39,126 nt of DNA, taken from IMG/VR virus record IMGVR_UViG_3300027657_000001, one strand, 5' to 3'. Position 1 is the stretch's first letter, and every line of letters starts with the position of its first letter. This document shows, piece after piece, positions 15,625 through 24,558 of this stretch. The stretch comes from a virus. A model generated the notes under the pieces. The model did not search any database. It saw only the letters and a program-made list of their open reading frames with translations, and had not been told where the DNA came from. The position numbers and the translations under genes are program-made.

Positions 15625-17841
15625 ATGGCTGTTAGAAGAAAATCAAGACCATTAGTGGGGTACGGTCTAGACAACAGTTTGCAAAATTTAGCACCACTCG
15701 CAATTATTGCCAATCGTGCACCTACGACTGCCGATATTGCTGAGATTGGGACTACCTGGATAAATAAATTAGCAGATACCGTATATGTACTCACTTCCGT
15801 TGTAGCTGGTTCAGCCAACTGGGCAACTTCACCTGCTTCAGGCGCAACCACCTTAGCATCGCTTACTGTAACTACAACCGCTGATATCGGCACAGACCTG
15901 ACCGTAGGCGGCACATTAGACGTTACGGGTGCAACTACCGTTGGTGATCTGTCTGTTTCAGGTGCTTTCAATCTCAGTGCTGCTACAGGGCAGATAGACT
16001 TTACCTCCTCAGCCAACCAAGCTGATGCGATCGTTTTAGAAGCGACAGCAGGAGGAATTGATATTCTTGCCAGTGGCGCTTCAGCGGGCGAGGATATCGA
16101 TATCGTAGCCACTGGTTCTTCAGTAAATATTAGATCTACTGAAAATGTAGCCAATGCAATCTTCATTGAAGCTGACGGTGGGGCATCAGAAAGCGTTTAT
16201 ATCCACTCAGATCAAGGTACAGGCGTTGAGTCTATTCATTTAGAGTCGGATGTGGGTGGTGTAACCCTTACTTCAGGATTAGCTTCCGCTGATGCTATTA
16301 ACCTCTCTGCTTCAGCAGGTGGCATTGATGTCGATAGCGCCCTCCAACTCAATCTAGCTTCCTCACAGAATGCTGCTGATGCCATTCGTGTAGTAGCCTC
16401 AGCAGGTGGTATTGATGTGGACGCTGTAGGGTCTGCGGGTGAAGATATTAATATTACCAACACTGGTGGTTCTATTGTTCTGTCTGCTACTGAATCAGTT
16501 GCTGACTCTATAAAAATCGAATCTACTGCCGGTGGTATTGATATATTGGCTAGTGGGGCTGCGGCTGGTGAGGATATAGACATTATAGCTACAGGCTCTT
16601 CGGTTAATATTAACTCTACTGAGAACGTAGCTACCTCTATCGTTATCTCTTCAACAAATGGCGGTATAGACATTACTGCTTCGTCTGCTGAGGATATTGA
16701 TATCTCTGGTACAGGTGGTGTAAACATCTCCTCTACTGAGAATGCTGCTGGTTCTGTAACTATCTCCAATAACGGTGGCACGACTGATACACTGGTTCTT
16801 ACAAACACCCAAGGCAGTTCAGCTGCGGCCATAGATATTAATGCAACCGCAGGAGGCATCGACGCAGATGCTGATGGAGCTATCGCATTTGATTCAGCGA
16901 GTGCGGGTATATCTCTTGATGGTGTGACTGCTTCTAACTTCACCGTAACGGGTGCAGGACAAGATCTTACACTTGCTTCTTCTGGAGGATCGGTTTCTAT
17001 ATTGGCAACTGAAGATACTGCTTCTGCGGTATTGATAACAACGAACGGTGGAACAACAGAAACACTGGCCCTTAACGCGGCACAAGGTACAGGAGCTAAC
17101 TCCATAAACCTCGTTTCTGATGCCGGTGGTATCACCCTTACGTCTAACTTAGCCACTGATGACGGTATCAATCTCAATGCAGTTGGCGGAGGTGTCGACA
17201 TAGACGCTGAGCTTCAGATTAACATTGCTTCCTCTGAAGCTGCTGCTGATGCGATCGTTATTGATGCATCTGATGCTGCTGGAGGTATTGATATCAGTAC
17301 TGGTGGCGGTGATATGGATCTTACCTCAGCTGGTGGTATCAATCTGGTATCAACCGAAGATGCTGCAAACGCAATATTCATTGAGGCAGATGCCGGAACC
17401 TCAGAAACTATCTATATTCACTCGGATCAGGGCACAGGAGCTGACTCGGTACACCTAGAGTCTGATGTAGGTGGCGTAACCCTTACTTCAGGGCTTGCTT
17501 CTACCGATGCTATCAATCTCTCTGCTTCTGCTGGTGGAGTTGATATCGATGGAGCGCTTGAAGTAAATATAACTTCATCAGAAGCTTCGGTAGCTGATGC
17601 TGTTACTATAAGCGCATCTCATACTGCTGGTGGTATAACACTTGATGCTGGTGTAACTCCGGGTGTTACTGTTACTAACGGAACTCAATCGTTCCAGATC
17701 CTTACAGGGTCAGGTTCACCAAATGGAAGTGTCAGCGCTGCTCAGGGATCTATGTATGTAGATGTTGGGGGATCAACAAGTACGACTATACTTTTCGTGA
17801 ATACAGACGGTGGAACTACGTGGTTGGGGGTTGGAGCGTAA
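15625..17841 (+). CDS. Repetitive tail fibre or spike protein (738 aa)
   Basis: SD AAGGAGAG. Many degenerate AGGIDI / STENVA / GEDIDI units, with Gly/Ala/Ser/Thr/Asp-rich composition. Confidence 0.75.
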   Translation: MAVRRKSRPLVGYGLDNSLQNLAPLAIIANRAPTTADIAEIGTTWINKLADTVYVLTSVVAGSANWATSPASGATTLASLTVTTTADIGTDLTVGGTLDVTGATTVGDLSVSGAFNLSAATGQIDFTSSANQADAIVLEATAGGIDILASGASAGEDIDIVATGSSVNIRSTENVANAIFIEADGGASESVYIHSDQGTGVESIHLESDVGGVTLTSGLASADAINLSASAGGIDVDSALQLNLASSQNAADAIRVVASAGGIDVDAVGSAGEDINITNTGGSIVLSATESVADSIKIESTAGGIDILASGAAAGEDIDIIATGSSVNINSTENVATSIVISSTNGGIDITASSAEDIDISGTGGVNISSTENAAGSVTISNNGGTTDTLVLTNTQGSSAAAIDINATAGGIDADADGAIAFDSASAGISLDGVTASNFTVTGAGQDLTLASSGGSVSILATEDTASAVLITTNGGTTETLALNAAQGTGANSINLVSDAGGITLTSNLATDDGINLNAVGGGVDIDAELQINIASSEAAADAIVIDASDAAGGIDISTGGGDMDLTSAGGINLVSTEDAANAIFIEADAGTSETIYIHSDQGTGADSVHLESDVGGVTLTSGLASTDAINLSASAGGVDIDGALEVNITSSEASVADAVTISASHTAGGITLDAGVTPGVTVTNGTQSFQILTGSGSPNGSVSAAQGSMYVDVGGSTSTTILFVNTDGGTTWLGVGA
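16153..16335 (+). repeat. 183-bp internal repeat, copy A
   Basis: Encodes NAIFIEADGGASESVYIHSDQGTGVESIHLESDVGGVTLTSGLASADAINLSASAGGIDVD. Roughly 80% identical at DNA level to 17368-17550 by eye. Confidence 0.8.
17368..17550 (+). repeat. 183-bp internal repeat, copy B
   Basis: Encodes NAIFIEADAGTSETIYIHSDQGTGADSVHLESDVGGVTLTSGLASTDAINLSASAGGVDID. Confidence 0.8.
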
Positions 17842-18027
17842 TGATTAGATTGACTTAGTATCTAAAGCATGTTGGGGTGAGCAGCAGCCTCCTCGGCAAA
17901 TGGTGTTCACTAACGTTGATCTTTTATTAATAGAAGCTCGTAAGCGATTATTGGCTTCGGAGTAATAAAAGTACTCATAAAGGGATATAAAAAAGTAGGT
18001 TCATTCTACTCCTCATATCTCGCATGG

Positions 18028-18047
18028 GGGGGCTTCGGCCCCCTTTT
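18028..18047 (+). terminator. Intrinsic terminator after the fibre gene
   Basis: gggggc-ttcg-gccccc (UUCG loop) followed by tttt. Confidence 0.75.
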
Positions 18048-18113
18048 ATATTTGGATGATATTTGGTACAAAGAATGCTATGGTAACAACAATTCAAAAC
18101 ACCAAGGAGTTAT

Positions 18114-18305
18114 ATGAATATTCGTGCGATGGTACAGGCTGAAGTTGAAGTAAGTGGTAGACCTTACTACTTTTATATGCGTCCGGGGACTCCCTATGCA
18201 GACGCAATTAAAGCTGCTGAGCAAGTTGTTGAAGACCTAAAAGAGCTTCAAAAAAGACAAGAAGCTGCTGAGCAACAGCCTGATGTAAAAAAAGAAGAAG
18301 CATAA
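18114..18305 (+). CDS. Hypothetical protein (63 aa)
   Basis: SD AAGGAG 6 nt before the ATG. Confidence 0.6.
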   Translation: MNIRAMVQAEVEVSGRPYYFYMRPGTPYADAIKAAEQVVEDLKELQKRQEAAEQQPDVKKEEA

Positions 18306-18340
18306 GAGGCTTCTAAAAAAAACATAGTAAGGAAGAGAGT

Positions 18341-18661
18341 ATGGCCACCAAAAATTTTATTTTACACGTACCGCTAGCTTCAATTAGTTCTGCCGCGGTA
18401 ACGGCGAGTTACCAGGCAATAAATTCTGGTGGCCTACCTAATGCTTGTCATGGTATCACCATTACAAATGATTCAAATCAAGATGTCACTGTCAGTTTTG
18501 ACGGTACCAATGACCATGATTATTTACCTGCTGGTGAATCACTCACTATCAATACTCCACCTCCATTACTTAACGGCAACCGAGCAGGCACAGTAGTATC
18601 TGTAAAAGGGACAGCTGGAACCGGTAATGTATACCTTGCAGGTTCTTATCTTCCCCAATAG
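18341..18661 (+). CDS. Hypothetical small beta-rich protein (106 aa); paralog of 18678..19022
   Basis: SD AAGGAAGAGAG. ITITNDSNQDVTVSFDGTNDHDYLPAG compares with LEVQNLTDADLQFSLDGVTDHFICAAK. Confidence 0.65.
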   Translation: MATKNFILHVPLASISSAAVTASYQAINSGGLPNACHGITITNDSNQDVTVSFDGTNDHDYLPAGESLTINTPPPLLNGNRAGTVVSVKGTAGTGNVYLAGSYLPQ

Positions 18662-18677
18662 CTAAAAGGACGAGAGT

Positions 18678-19022
18678 ATGGCAAGTAAAAGTGCAATTCG
18701 GTTAGCGTTCGAGGAGCAGCGTTCTCTCGCTTTTGGCTCTATCAGCGCTACATATGCAGGCATCGGGGGTGCATTCGCCCACCCGGTACGTATGTTAGAA
18801 GTACAGAACCTTACTGATGCCGACCTTCAGTTCTCTCTTGATGGAGTAACTGATCATTTTATCTGCGCTGCTAAGCAAGCAAAGATCTATGATATTACCG
18901 CTAATAAGACACAGGACTCAGGGTTCTACGCCGCTGAGGGTGATCGCGTCTATGTAAAAGAAATTGAAGATCCTACTGAAAAAGCAGTGTATGTCACTGT
19001 TATCTATGGGGAGGATCAGTAA
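18678..19022 (+). CDS. Hypothetical small beta-rich protein (114 aa); paralog of 18341..18661
   Basis: SD AAGGACGAGAG. Shares the S.DG..DH motif. Confidence 0.65.
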   Translation: MASKSAIRLAFEEQRSLAFGSISATYAGIGGAFAHPVRMLEVQNLTDADLQFSLDGVTDHFICAAKQAKIYDITANKTQDSGFYAAEGDRVYVKEIEDPTEKAVYVTVIYGEDQ

Positions 19023-19783
19023 TGTCGCAGATTACTAACCTGGAACTGAGTGCGTCTGGATCAGGCGCAGTCATGGATCTTACCGGCAATACGGGTGGGC
19101 CAGTATCTCCGGACATTGATGGAAATATTAATGTGCTTGGTGATGGGACAATTGTTATCACTACAGGCGACCCTGGAACTAATACGCTTACTATCTCCCT
19201 TGAGAATGGACTGGATGGTCAACTTCTTATTGGGTCTACCGCTGGCTCATTGGCATTCGCGACACTCGCCTCTGCTGATAGCTCTGTAACAATCACAAAC
19301 GGATCTAATTCTATAGATCTTTCTGTGGATGCAGCAGCTTCAGGTGCGGTGATAGACTTCTTGCCTGATTCTGGCACTTCTCCAGTAGTACCCGATGGTG
19401 CCGGGTCTGTGACTATAACAGGTGGTACCACAGGGTTTACCTTTGTCGGTGGCGCTAATACCTTAACACTGACAGGCTCACCGTCTGTTATGACTGTTAC
19501 TGCTCTGACTGATAGTGATAGCCCGTATACGGTGCTTTCTACTGATCACTATATGACCTGTGATGTATCAGGGGGGGTATTAACGATAGCACTTCCCAAT
19601 GCTCCTGCAACAGGACGAGTATACATAGTCAAAGATGCTGGTGGTGATGCTGCAGACTTCAATATAACTGTTACTACCGCAGGGGGTGTGGTTGAGATAG
19701 ATGGCGCTACTACCTTTGTGATGAATACAGCATATCAAGCTGCTAACTTCTTGTTCAATGGGAGCTCGTGGGAGGTATTTTAG
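19022..19783 (+). CDS. Tail fibre or receptor-binding-type protein (253 aa)
   Basis: GGAGG with a TAATG overlap. Gly/Thr/Ser-rich. C-terminus YTVLSTDHYMTCDVSGGVLTIALPNAPATGRVYIVKDAGGDAADFNITV... Confidence 0.6.
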   Translation: MSQITNLELSASGSGAVMDLTGNTGGPVSPDIDGNINVLGDGTIVITTGDPGTNTLTISLENGLDGQLLIGSTAGSLAFATLASADSSVTITNGSNSIDLSVDAAASGAVIDFLPDSGTSPVVPDGAGSVTITGGTTGFTFVGGANTLTLTGSPSVMTVTALTDSDSPYTVLSTDHYMTCDVSGGVLTIALPNAPATGRVYIVKDAGGDAADFNITVTTAGGVVEIDGATTFVMNTAYQAANFLFNGSSWEVF

Positions 19784-20125
19784 ATGTCTTACAAACAACG
19801 CTCAACGCTTGTTGTTCCAGAGGGCGGTACGAACCAAGATACCTATGTTGCTTTCTCTCCTGTGGCTGCTGGTACAACTACTACGGGTGCATTTCAGTCG
19901 GTAGCTTCACTCGGAAGCTCTGGGCAAGTGCTCACCTCTACAGGAGTTTCTTCCCTTGCTACCTTCCAAGATGCTCCATCGGGAAGCTCTAATGTGGTAT
20001 ATATGCCCATGGCCTCTGATCCAAGCTCTCCAGCAGATGGTGATGTGTGGTTCAATACAACTGAGAATGAGTTCCGTGGTCGTGTAGATGGGGCTAACTT
20101 TATTTTTAACGTAACACCAGAGTAA
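19784..20125 (+). CDS. Fibre paralog 1 (113 aa), made of the shared N-terminal module only
   Basis: MSYKQRSTLVVPEGGTNQ...DPSSPADGDVWFNTTENEFRG aligns with the N-termini of the next two genes. Confidence 0.65.
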   Translation: MSYKQRSTLVVPEGGTNQDTYVAFSPVAAGTTTTGAFQSVASLGSSGQVLTSTGVSSLATFQDAPSGSSNVVYMPMASDPSSPADGDVWFNTTENEFRGRVDGANFIFNVTPE

Positions 20126-20135
20126 AGGGGTATCT

Positions 20136-21314
20136 ATGGCCTATAAGAGAATATCTCCCCTACCCATAATTGAGGGGGGAACCCAACGAACATCCATAGA
20201 TGCCAATACGGTAGTCTGTGGAGGAACCACGGCAACGGGTGCATTGCAGAACGTATCAGGTGTTGGAGAAAGCTCTCAGGCTCTCACCTCTCAAGGTGCC
20301 GGAAGTTTGCCCATATGGGCTGAGTTATCCAATGCTACCTTCTTTGAGCCGTTAGCATCAGATCCCAGCGATCCTACAGTAGGACAAGTGTGGTATAACA
20401 CTACCTCTCAAGAGTTCAAGGGGGCTATTGATGGCGGAAGTACCCCTACATGGACCACAAAAGCCTCATCGGGAACATCACAAGGTCCTTATCAAGGAGC
20501 TGCGGGGGATGATACTGATGGTCTGGTATTCGGTGATATTTCCGTAGTAGGTCTGACACAGCTCTATGATGGGGGAACTAATAGTTGGTCTACCAAAAAC
20601 TCAATGAATACCAGTCGTAAGCAAGCCGGTGGAGGAGGAACCACTTCTGATGCCTTGGGATTCGGGGGCGGAATTAACACCCCAACAGGAGTTCTTAACT
20701 CTACAGAATCATTTGATGGAACAAATTGGTCTGCTGAAAATAATATGAATACGGCTCGAAGAGAGCTCGCAGGATGTGGCACAACCGGGTCAGATTGCCT
20801 CTCAATAGGAGGCTGGAATAATGATTTTGGCGGCACTATTGGAACTGTTGAACGATGGAATGGCACAAGCTGGACAGCAAAAACTTCGCTCAATACCGTT
20901 CGCAAGCTCTTAACCTCAACTGGAACTGGATCAGATGCTTTAGCTGTTGGTGGTAACACTAATGCCGGAACCTTACTCGCTACCAACGAGCAATATGATG
21001 GTACAGCAAATACGTGGAGCACCAAGGCCTCTATGTCTAATGCGCGCAGAGATCCTGCAGCTGCTGGAACTGTAAGCGATGCTCTTGTATATGGTGGTGT
21101 AGGTTCCAGTGGCACAACAGGCGTTACAGAGCAGTATAATGGAACTTCTAATAGCTGGACTACTGTCGATTCTATGAATACAGCGCTCGCAACATTGGGA
21201 GGATGTGGATTGGTAACAGGCGCACTTGCAATGCTTGGAGGATCAGTAGTTACTGAGAAGTATGAAGGCGTTGTAGGTCCCACAATAGTAGTATTTGATA
21301 TAACGGCAGCATAG
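20136..21314 (+). CDS. Fibre paralog 2: shared N-terminal module plus Kelch-like beta-propeller repeats (392 aa)
   Basis: Repeats of about 47 aa of the form ..YDG..N.W......MNT.R......G...DAL..GG. Confidence 0.7.
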   Translation: MAYKRISPLPIIEGGTQRTSIDANTVVCGGTTATGALQNVSGVGESSQALTSQGAGSLPIWAELSNATFFEPLASDPSDPTVGQVWYNTTSQEFKGAIDGGSTPTWTTKASSGTSQGPYQGAAGDDTDGLVFGDISVVGLTQLYDGGTNSWSTKNSMNTSRKQAGGGGTTSDALGFGGGINTPTGVLNSTESFDGTNWSAENNMNTARRELAGCGTTGSDCLSIGGWNNDFGGTIGTVERWNGTSWTAKTSLNTVRKLLTSTGTGSDALAVGGNTNAGTLLATNEQYDGTANTWSTKASMSNARRDPAAAGTVSDALVYGGVGSSGTTGVTEQYNGTSNSWTTVDSMNTALATLGGCGLVTGALAMLGGSVVTEKYEGVVGPTIVVFDITAA

Positions 21315-21323
21315 GAGAAGAGC

Positions 21324-22505
21324 ATGGCTTATAAACAAGATGCACGACGTCCAGTAAAAGAGGGTGGGACTGAGAAGCTATCCTTCAACGAGTACTCCAT
21401 TATTATTGGAGGACAGACTGCTCCAGAGCCACTCCAGAATGCTGTACCTGGTGCTTCCGGGACTCTTCTTATATCGCAAGGTGTTGGTTCCCCACCATCA
21501 TTTCAGGTACCTCCTATAGATCAGATGAAGTTCCAGCTACTCAGCGCCGATCCGAGTTCTCCAGGAGACGGACAAGTGTGGTATCGTACTGACTTGGATG
21601 AATTTCGCGGGTCTACTACCGATACTGATGGTGTATGGACAGCTAAAACAGGTATCAGTACTGCCACTCGTGGGTTAGCAGCCGCAGGACAACAGGTTGA
21701 TGGGGGTATCTACTTTGGTGGGTTTACTACGGCTCGTGTAGGAACAACCGAGCAGTATGATGAAGGGGGCAATTCCTGGTCAGCTCTCGGCTCTTTGAAT
21801 ACAGCACGATTAGCGCTTGCAGGTGGAGGAAGTAGCAGCGATGCTCTTTCTGCTTGCGGTGATGCCCCAGGAGCATCAGCAACTACTGAACGATTTGATG
21901 GTGCCAATTGGACTGCTAAGACGAATGCTAATACAGCTGTTATCGGTGGAGCAGGGACTGGATCAGACGGGGAAGACTTTCTCAAGTTTGGTGGTAATAC
22001 GGGAGCTGCAACGGCAATTACTGAGCGCTACTCAGGAACGGGAGATTCGTGGACTAATAAGACCTCAATGAACACAGCGAGGTTTAGTTTACAGAATGGT
22101 GGCTCAGGAGCGGCAACAGATGCACTTTCTATTGGAGGATATACGGGTGCAAGCCCCTTTACAACTGTTGAGTTGTATGAAGGTGTGGGTAATACGTGGA
22201 CTGCTAAGACGGGCCTCAATACGGGCATGCGTTCAGGCGCAGCCGCTGGTATAGCAAGTGGAAATGCCCTCTCATGTGGTGGTAATGATGGAGCAGTCTC
22301 AGCAATATGCGAAAGATATGATAGAGCAGGTAATACGTGGGAAGTTATCAGCTCGCTCAATACTGCCCGACAACAGTTTCCCGGCCTCGGAACAGCTACT
22401 TCAGCATTAACGATGGGCGGTTTTACAACGGTAAACGTAGCGACAGTGGAGCAGTATTCTTCACCGGTAGCAACCATATATACATTCGACCTCACCGCAG
22501 TTTAG
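21324..22505 (+). CDS. Fibre paralog 3: shared N-terminal module plus Kelch-like beta-propeller repeats (393 aa)
   Basis: Same architecture as 20136..21314: TERFDGANWTAKTNANTA..., TERYSGTGDSWTNKTSMNTARF.... Confidence 0.7.
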   Translation: MAYKQDARRPVKEGGTEKLSFNEYSIIIGGQTAPEPLQNAVPGASGTLLISQGVGSPPSFQVPPIDQMKFQLLSADPSSPGDGQVWYRTDLDEFRGSTTDTDGVWTAKTGISTATRGLAAAGQQVDGGIYFGGFTTARVGTTEQYDEGGNSWSALGSLNTARLALAGGGSSSDALSACGDAPGASATTERFDGANWTAKTNANTAVIGGAGTGSDGEDFLKFGGNTGAATAITERYSGTGDSWTNKTSMNTARFSLQNGGSGAATDALSIGGYTGASPFTTVELYEGVGNTWTAKTGLNTGMRSGAAAGIASGNALSCGGNDGAVSAICERYDRAGNTWEVISSLNTARQQFPGLGTATSALTMGGFTTVNVATVEQYSSPVATIYTFDLTAV

Positions 22506-22549
22506 GTCTTCGCTCGTTGAGCTACGCCCTACACGTAAACAAGGATACA

Positions 22550-23197
22550 ATGAACAATCTCAAGCCAATACAAGCAATACTACCAACAGAAGAGTTCACT
22601 AAGCTTGAAGCAATCAAACAAGAGCTCGAAGACGCATGGCATAAGCGCCAGATATTCAGAACAGAGACAGAAGCACGCTACTCAGTACTCAACGACCTGA
22701 AGTTTCCTACCAAGGCCGGTAAGTACTGGCAGTCAGTACGAGAGCAGTGTGTGCATTTTGATGAGCTTATGCGCCTCTCATTCAACATGAGACGTAAAGA
22801 GATTGAGCTAAGAGAGATAGATAGAAAAATAGCTGATCTTGAAGATGACGAGATGGAACTTTCCTCCGATTACGACAAAATCCAAGTTGATCGTGATGAA
22901 GCACTGTTTGATCTTGCCTCAATGAAGCAAGTAGCTAAAGACCGTGTTCGTGAGATCATGCAATGGTCTCAATTCAAAGAGGAGCTCAATGACGGCTCAT
23001 TTGATGATAAGAACGTAAACACCCACCAAAAAGAGTCTCTTTTCCGGTCAGTACTTAACCGCGCCAATGCAGCGAGCCCGGATAAACTATCTCCGGAAGA
23101 ACGTATGTCTATTCAAGGCATATTACATATGTTAAAAGATGAGCCTGTTAATAAACAGTTTATAGAGAAGCTAGAAAATAAAGTTTCAAAGGAATAA
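22550..23197 (+). CDS. Hypothetical coiled-coil protein (215 aa)
   Basis: ATG 22550 preceded by AAGGA. The upstream part of track ORF 22337..23197 overlaps the previous gene. Confidence 0.6.
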   Translation: MNNLKPIQAILPTEEFTKLEAIKQELEDAWHKRQIFRTETEARYSVLNDLKFPTKAGKYWQSVREQCVHFDELMRLSFNMRRKEIELREIDRKIADLEDDEMELSSDYDKIQVDRDEALFDLASMKQVAKDRVREIMQWSQFKEELNDGSFDDKNVNTHQKESLFRSVLNRANAASPDKLSPEERMSIQGILHMLKDEPVNKQFIEKLENKVSKE

Positions 23198-23198
23198 T

Positions 23199-23384
23199 AT
23201 GGAACTCATTTGGAAAGCTCTCCTTGTTATTGGATCAATGGTGGTGGCCCTCGCCGGATCATTCGGCCTCGTTAAATGGCAACACGATAATCCAGTAGAA
23301 GAAATGGTAGAACGCTATATACAAGATGAGACGGGGGTGTATATTGATCTTTCCCCTACCGATCCAGATCCGGATCATACCTAG
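23199..23384 (+). CDS. Small single-pass membrane protein (61 aa); holin-like by size only
   Basis: AAGGAA upstream. Transmembrane segment ALLVIGSMVVALAGSFGLV followed by an acidic tail. Last gene of the rightward operon. Confidence 0.5.
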   Translation: MELIWKALLVIGSMVVALAGSFGLVKWQHDNPVEEMVERYIQDETGVYIDLSPTDPDPDHT

Positions 23385-23400
23385 ACTTCATCTCACCTTT

Positions 23401-23442
23401 ATCACACCCCTCAGCTCTCCAAGGAGAACGCGGGGGTGTGAT
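23401..23442. terminator. Long hairpin between convergent operons
   Basis: atcacacccc / gggggtgtgat outer stem with an inner ctcc/ggag stem. It lies between the + gene ending at 23384 and the - gene ending at 23455. Confidence 0.55.
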
Positions 23443-23454
23443 ACATAAAGGCTT

Positions 23455-24153
23455 TTAGATAATTTTCTTACGGGTGTTCTTTATTTCCATCAAGCGGTTA
23501 CGGGTTTGGTGGTAATGCTCTTTAGGAATGTCCGCCAATGATTGTATTTTGAAATAGTGCAGAATCTCTTCTAGGTATCCCTCCATCGTCGGGTCTTGCA
23601 GTTCGTACTCAAGCTCCTCCCTTTGATCGGTAGAGATCACCTCATACTTCTGGTCAGTGGATTTAAACGTACTCATCTTTCCTTTAACGAACTCTTCTCG
23701 CAATGGTATGTCAGCCACGAATGCATCATCATCCTCAGATTCAGCTACCACGCCAATGAGGCTCGCGTATGCCAAACGTTTCATGCTCGATAGGTATGAT
23801 GTGAGGGTTTGTATTTCTTGTTTGGGAGGGGTGAGTTTTAGCCGTGTTTCAATCCATTGTCCGGACGAGTGGAACAGAATGGTATGGAGCATGGAGCTTC
23901 CATCTTCCAGGTGTTTTATTTGCTGCATGACGGAAAGCCCGTGCTTGGTGAGCGCTGGTCTCGATGCATTGACCACATCAACTAGGTCTTCATAACGGTG
24001 TTGGTAGTATTTATTTTGGTGGGAACGTTTTGCTGTTTGAAACTCTGCCTGTGCTTTTGCGAGGGCTCCCGTGAGTTCATTTATTTTGGTGCTCCGATAG
24101 GAGTTGGTTGGATCCACATCACTCATCAAAAGCTCATCACTTACTCTATCCAT
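23455..24153 (-). CDS. erf: ERF-family single-strand annealing protein, paralog 1 (232 aa)
   Basis: NKYYQHRYEDLVDVVNASRPALTKHGLSVMQ matches the Erf signature region (compare P22 Erf KYKYRSCEDILEGVKPLL). Confidence 0.7.
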   Translation of the reverse strand: MDRVSDELLMSDVDPTNSYRSTKINELTGALAKAQAEFQTAKRSHQNKYYQHRYEDLVDVVNASRPALTKHGLSVMQQIKHLEDGSSMLHTILFHSSGQWIETRLKLTPPKQEIQTLTSYLSSMKRLAYASLIGVVAESEDDDAFVADIPLREEFVKGKMSTFKSTDQKYEVISTDQREELEYELQDPTMEGYLEEILHYFKIQSLADIPKEHYHQTRNRLMEIKNTRKKII

Positions 24154-24395
24154 TACTCACCTTTATTCTTTTTAGGGCGCCCCACCTTGCGGTGTTTAGA
24201 GAACGAAACGAGTTCTAGTTGTGCCAGTCGTCGGTGGAGGGTATCCATTTCTTTGAGTATTACTTTGTGATCTGATCGTGAATACTCCCTATGTTTGGCC
24301 ACATTATCCCTTACTTCAACAATACGGGTAGAGGCCCACCACATAAAAAAGGGAAGCACAACCATACTGATTCCATATATAATCGCTAAAATCAT
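24153..24395 (-). CDS. Membrane-anchored small protein (80 aa)
   Basis: N-terminal transmembrane segment MILAIIYGISMVVLPFFMWW. Start and stop overlap the neighbouring genes. Confidence 0.55.
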   Translation of the reverse strand: MILAIIYGISMVVLPFFMWWASTRIVEVRDNVAKHREYSRSDHKVILKEMDTLHRRLAQLELVSFSKHRKVGRPKKNKGE

Positions 24396-24556
24396 AAAGC
24401 ATCCACGGTAAAAAGGTATCCATAAAATGACGCTACTAAGAGAAACAGAACAAAGGGATTCATAGGAGTAGGAGCATGGTAAGAGAGCGCAACGAATAAG
24501 AATGTTGTCATTGCCCTCAGCGTCACCAGTATCTTGTCATTATCGCTTCTGATCAT
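24392..24556 (-). CDS. Small two-segment hydrophobic protein (54 aa)
   Basis: The ATG is 2 nt after the upstream stop, and ATGA overlaps the next gene. Below the ORF-track cutoff. Confidence 0.4.
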   Translation of the reverse strand: MIRSDNDKILVTLRAMTTFLFVALSYHAPTPMNPFVLFLLVASFYGYLFTVDAL

Positions 24557-24558
24557 AG

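Noticed and set aside
15606-17201. Long minus-strand ORFs (186 aa and 321 aa) inside the fibre gene
   Set aside because: They are shadow frames produced by the GCN/GGN-periodic repeat composition of the plus-strand gene. They have no SD, and the plus-strand product has coherent repeat architecture and a strong SD.
16040-17560. Possible CRISPR-like or diversity-generating (template/variable repeat) arrangement in the repeated fibre DNA
   Set aside because: The repeats are in-frame coding units without unique spacers. Mismatches between the copies are of all base types rather than adenine-specific, and no reverse transcriptase is present.
20564-22495. Minus-strand ORFs of 253, 91 and 155 aa opposite the Kelch-like genes
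   Set aside because: They are shadow ORFs of Gly/Thr/Ala-rich coding sequence, with low-complexity Pro/Val/Ser translations and no initiation signals.
22337-22549. Upstream extension of ORF 22337..23197
   Set aside because: It overlaps the 3' end of the Kelch-like gene in another frame. AAGGA plus ATG at 22550 follows that gene's stop.
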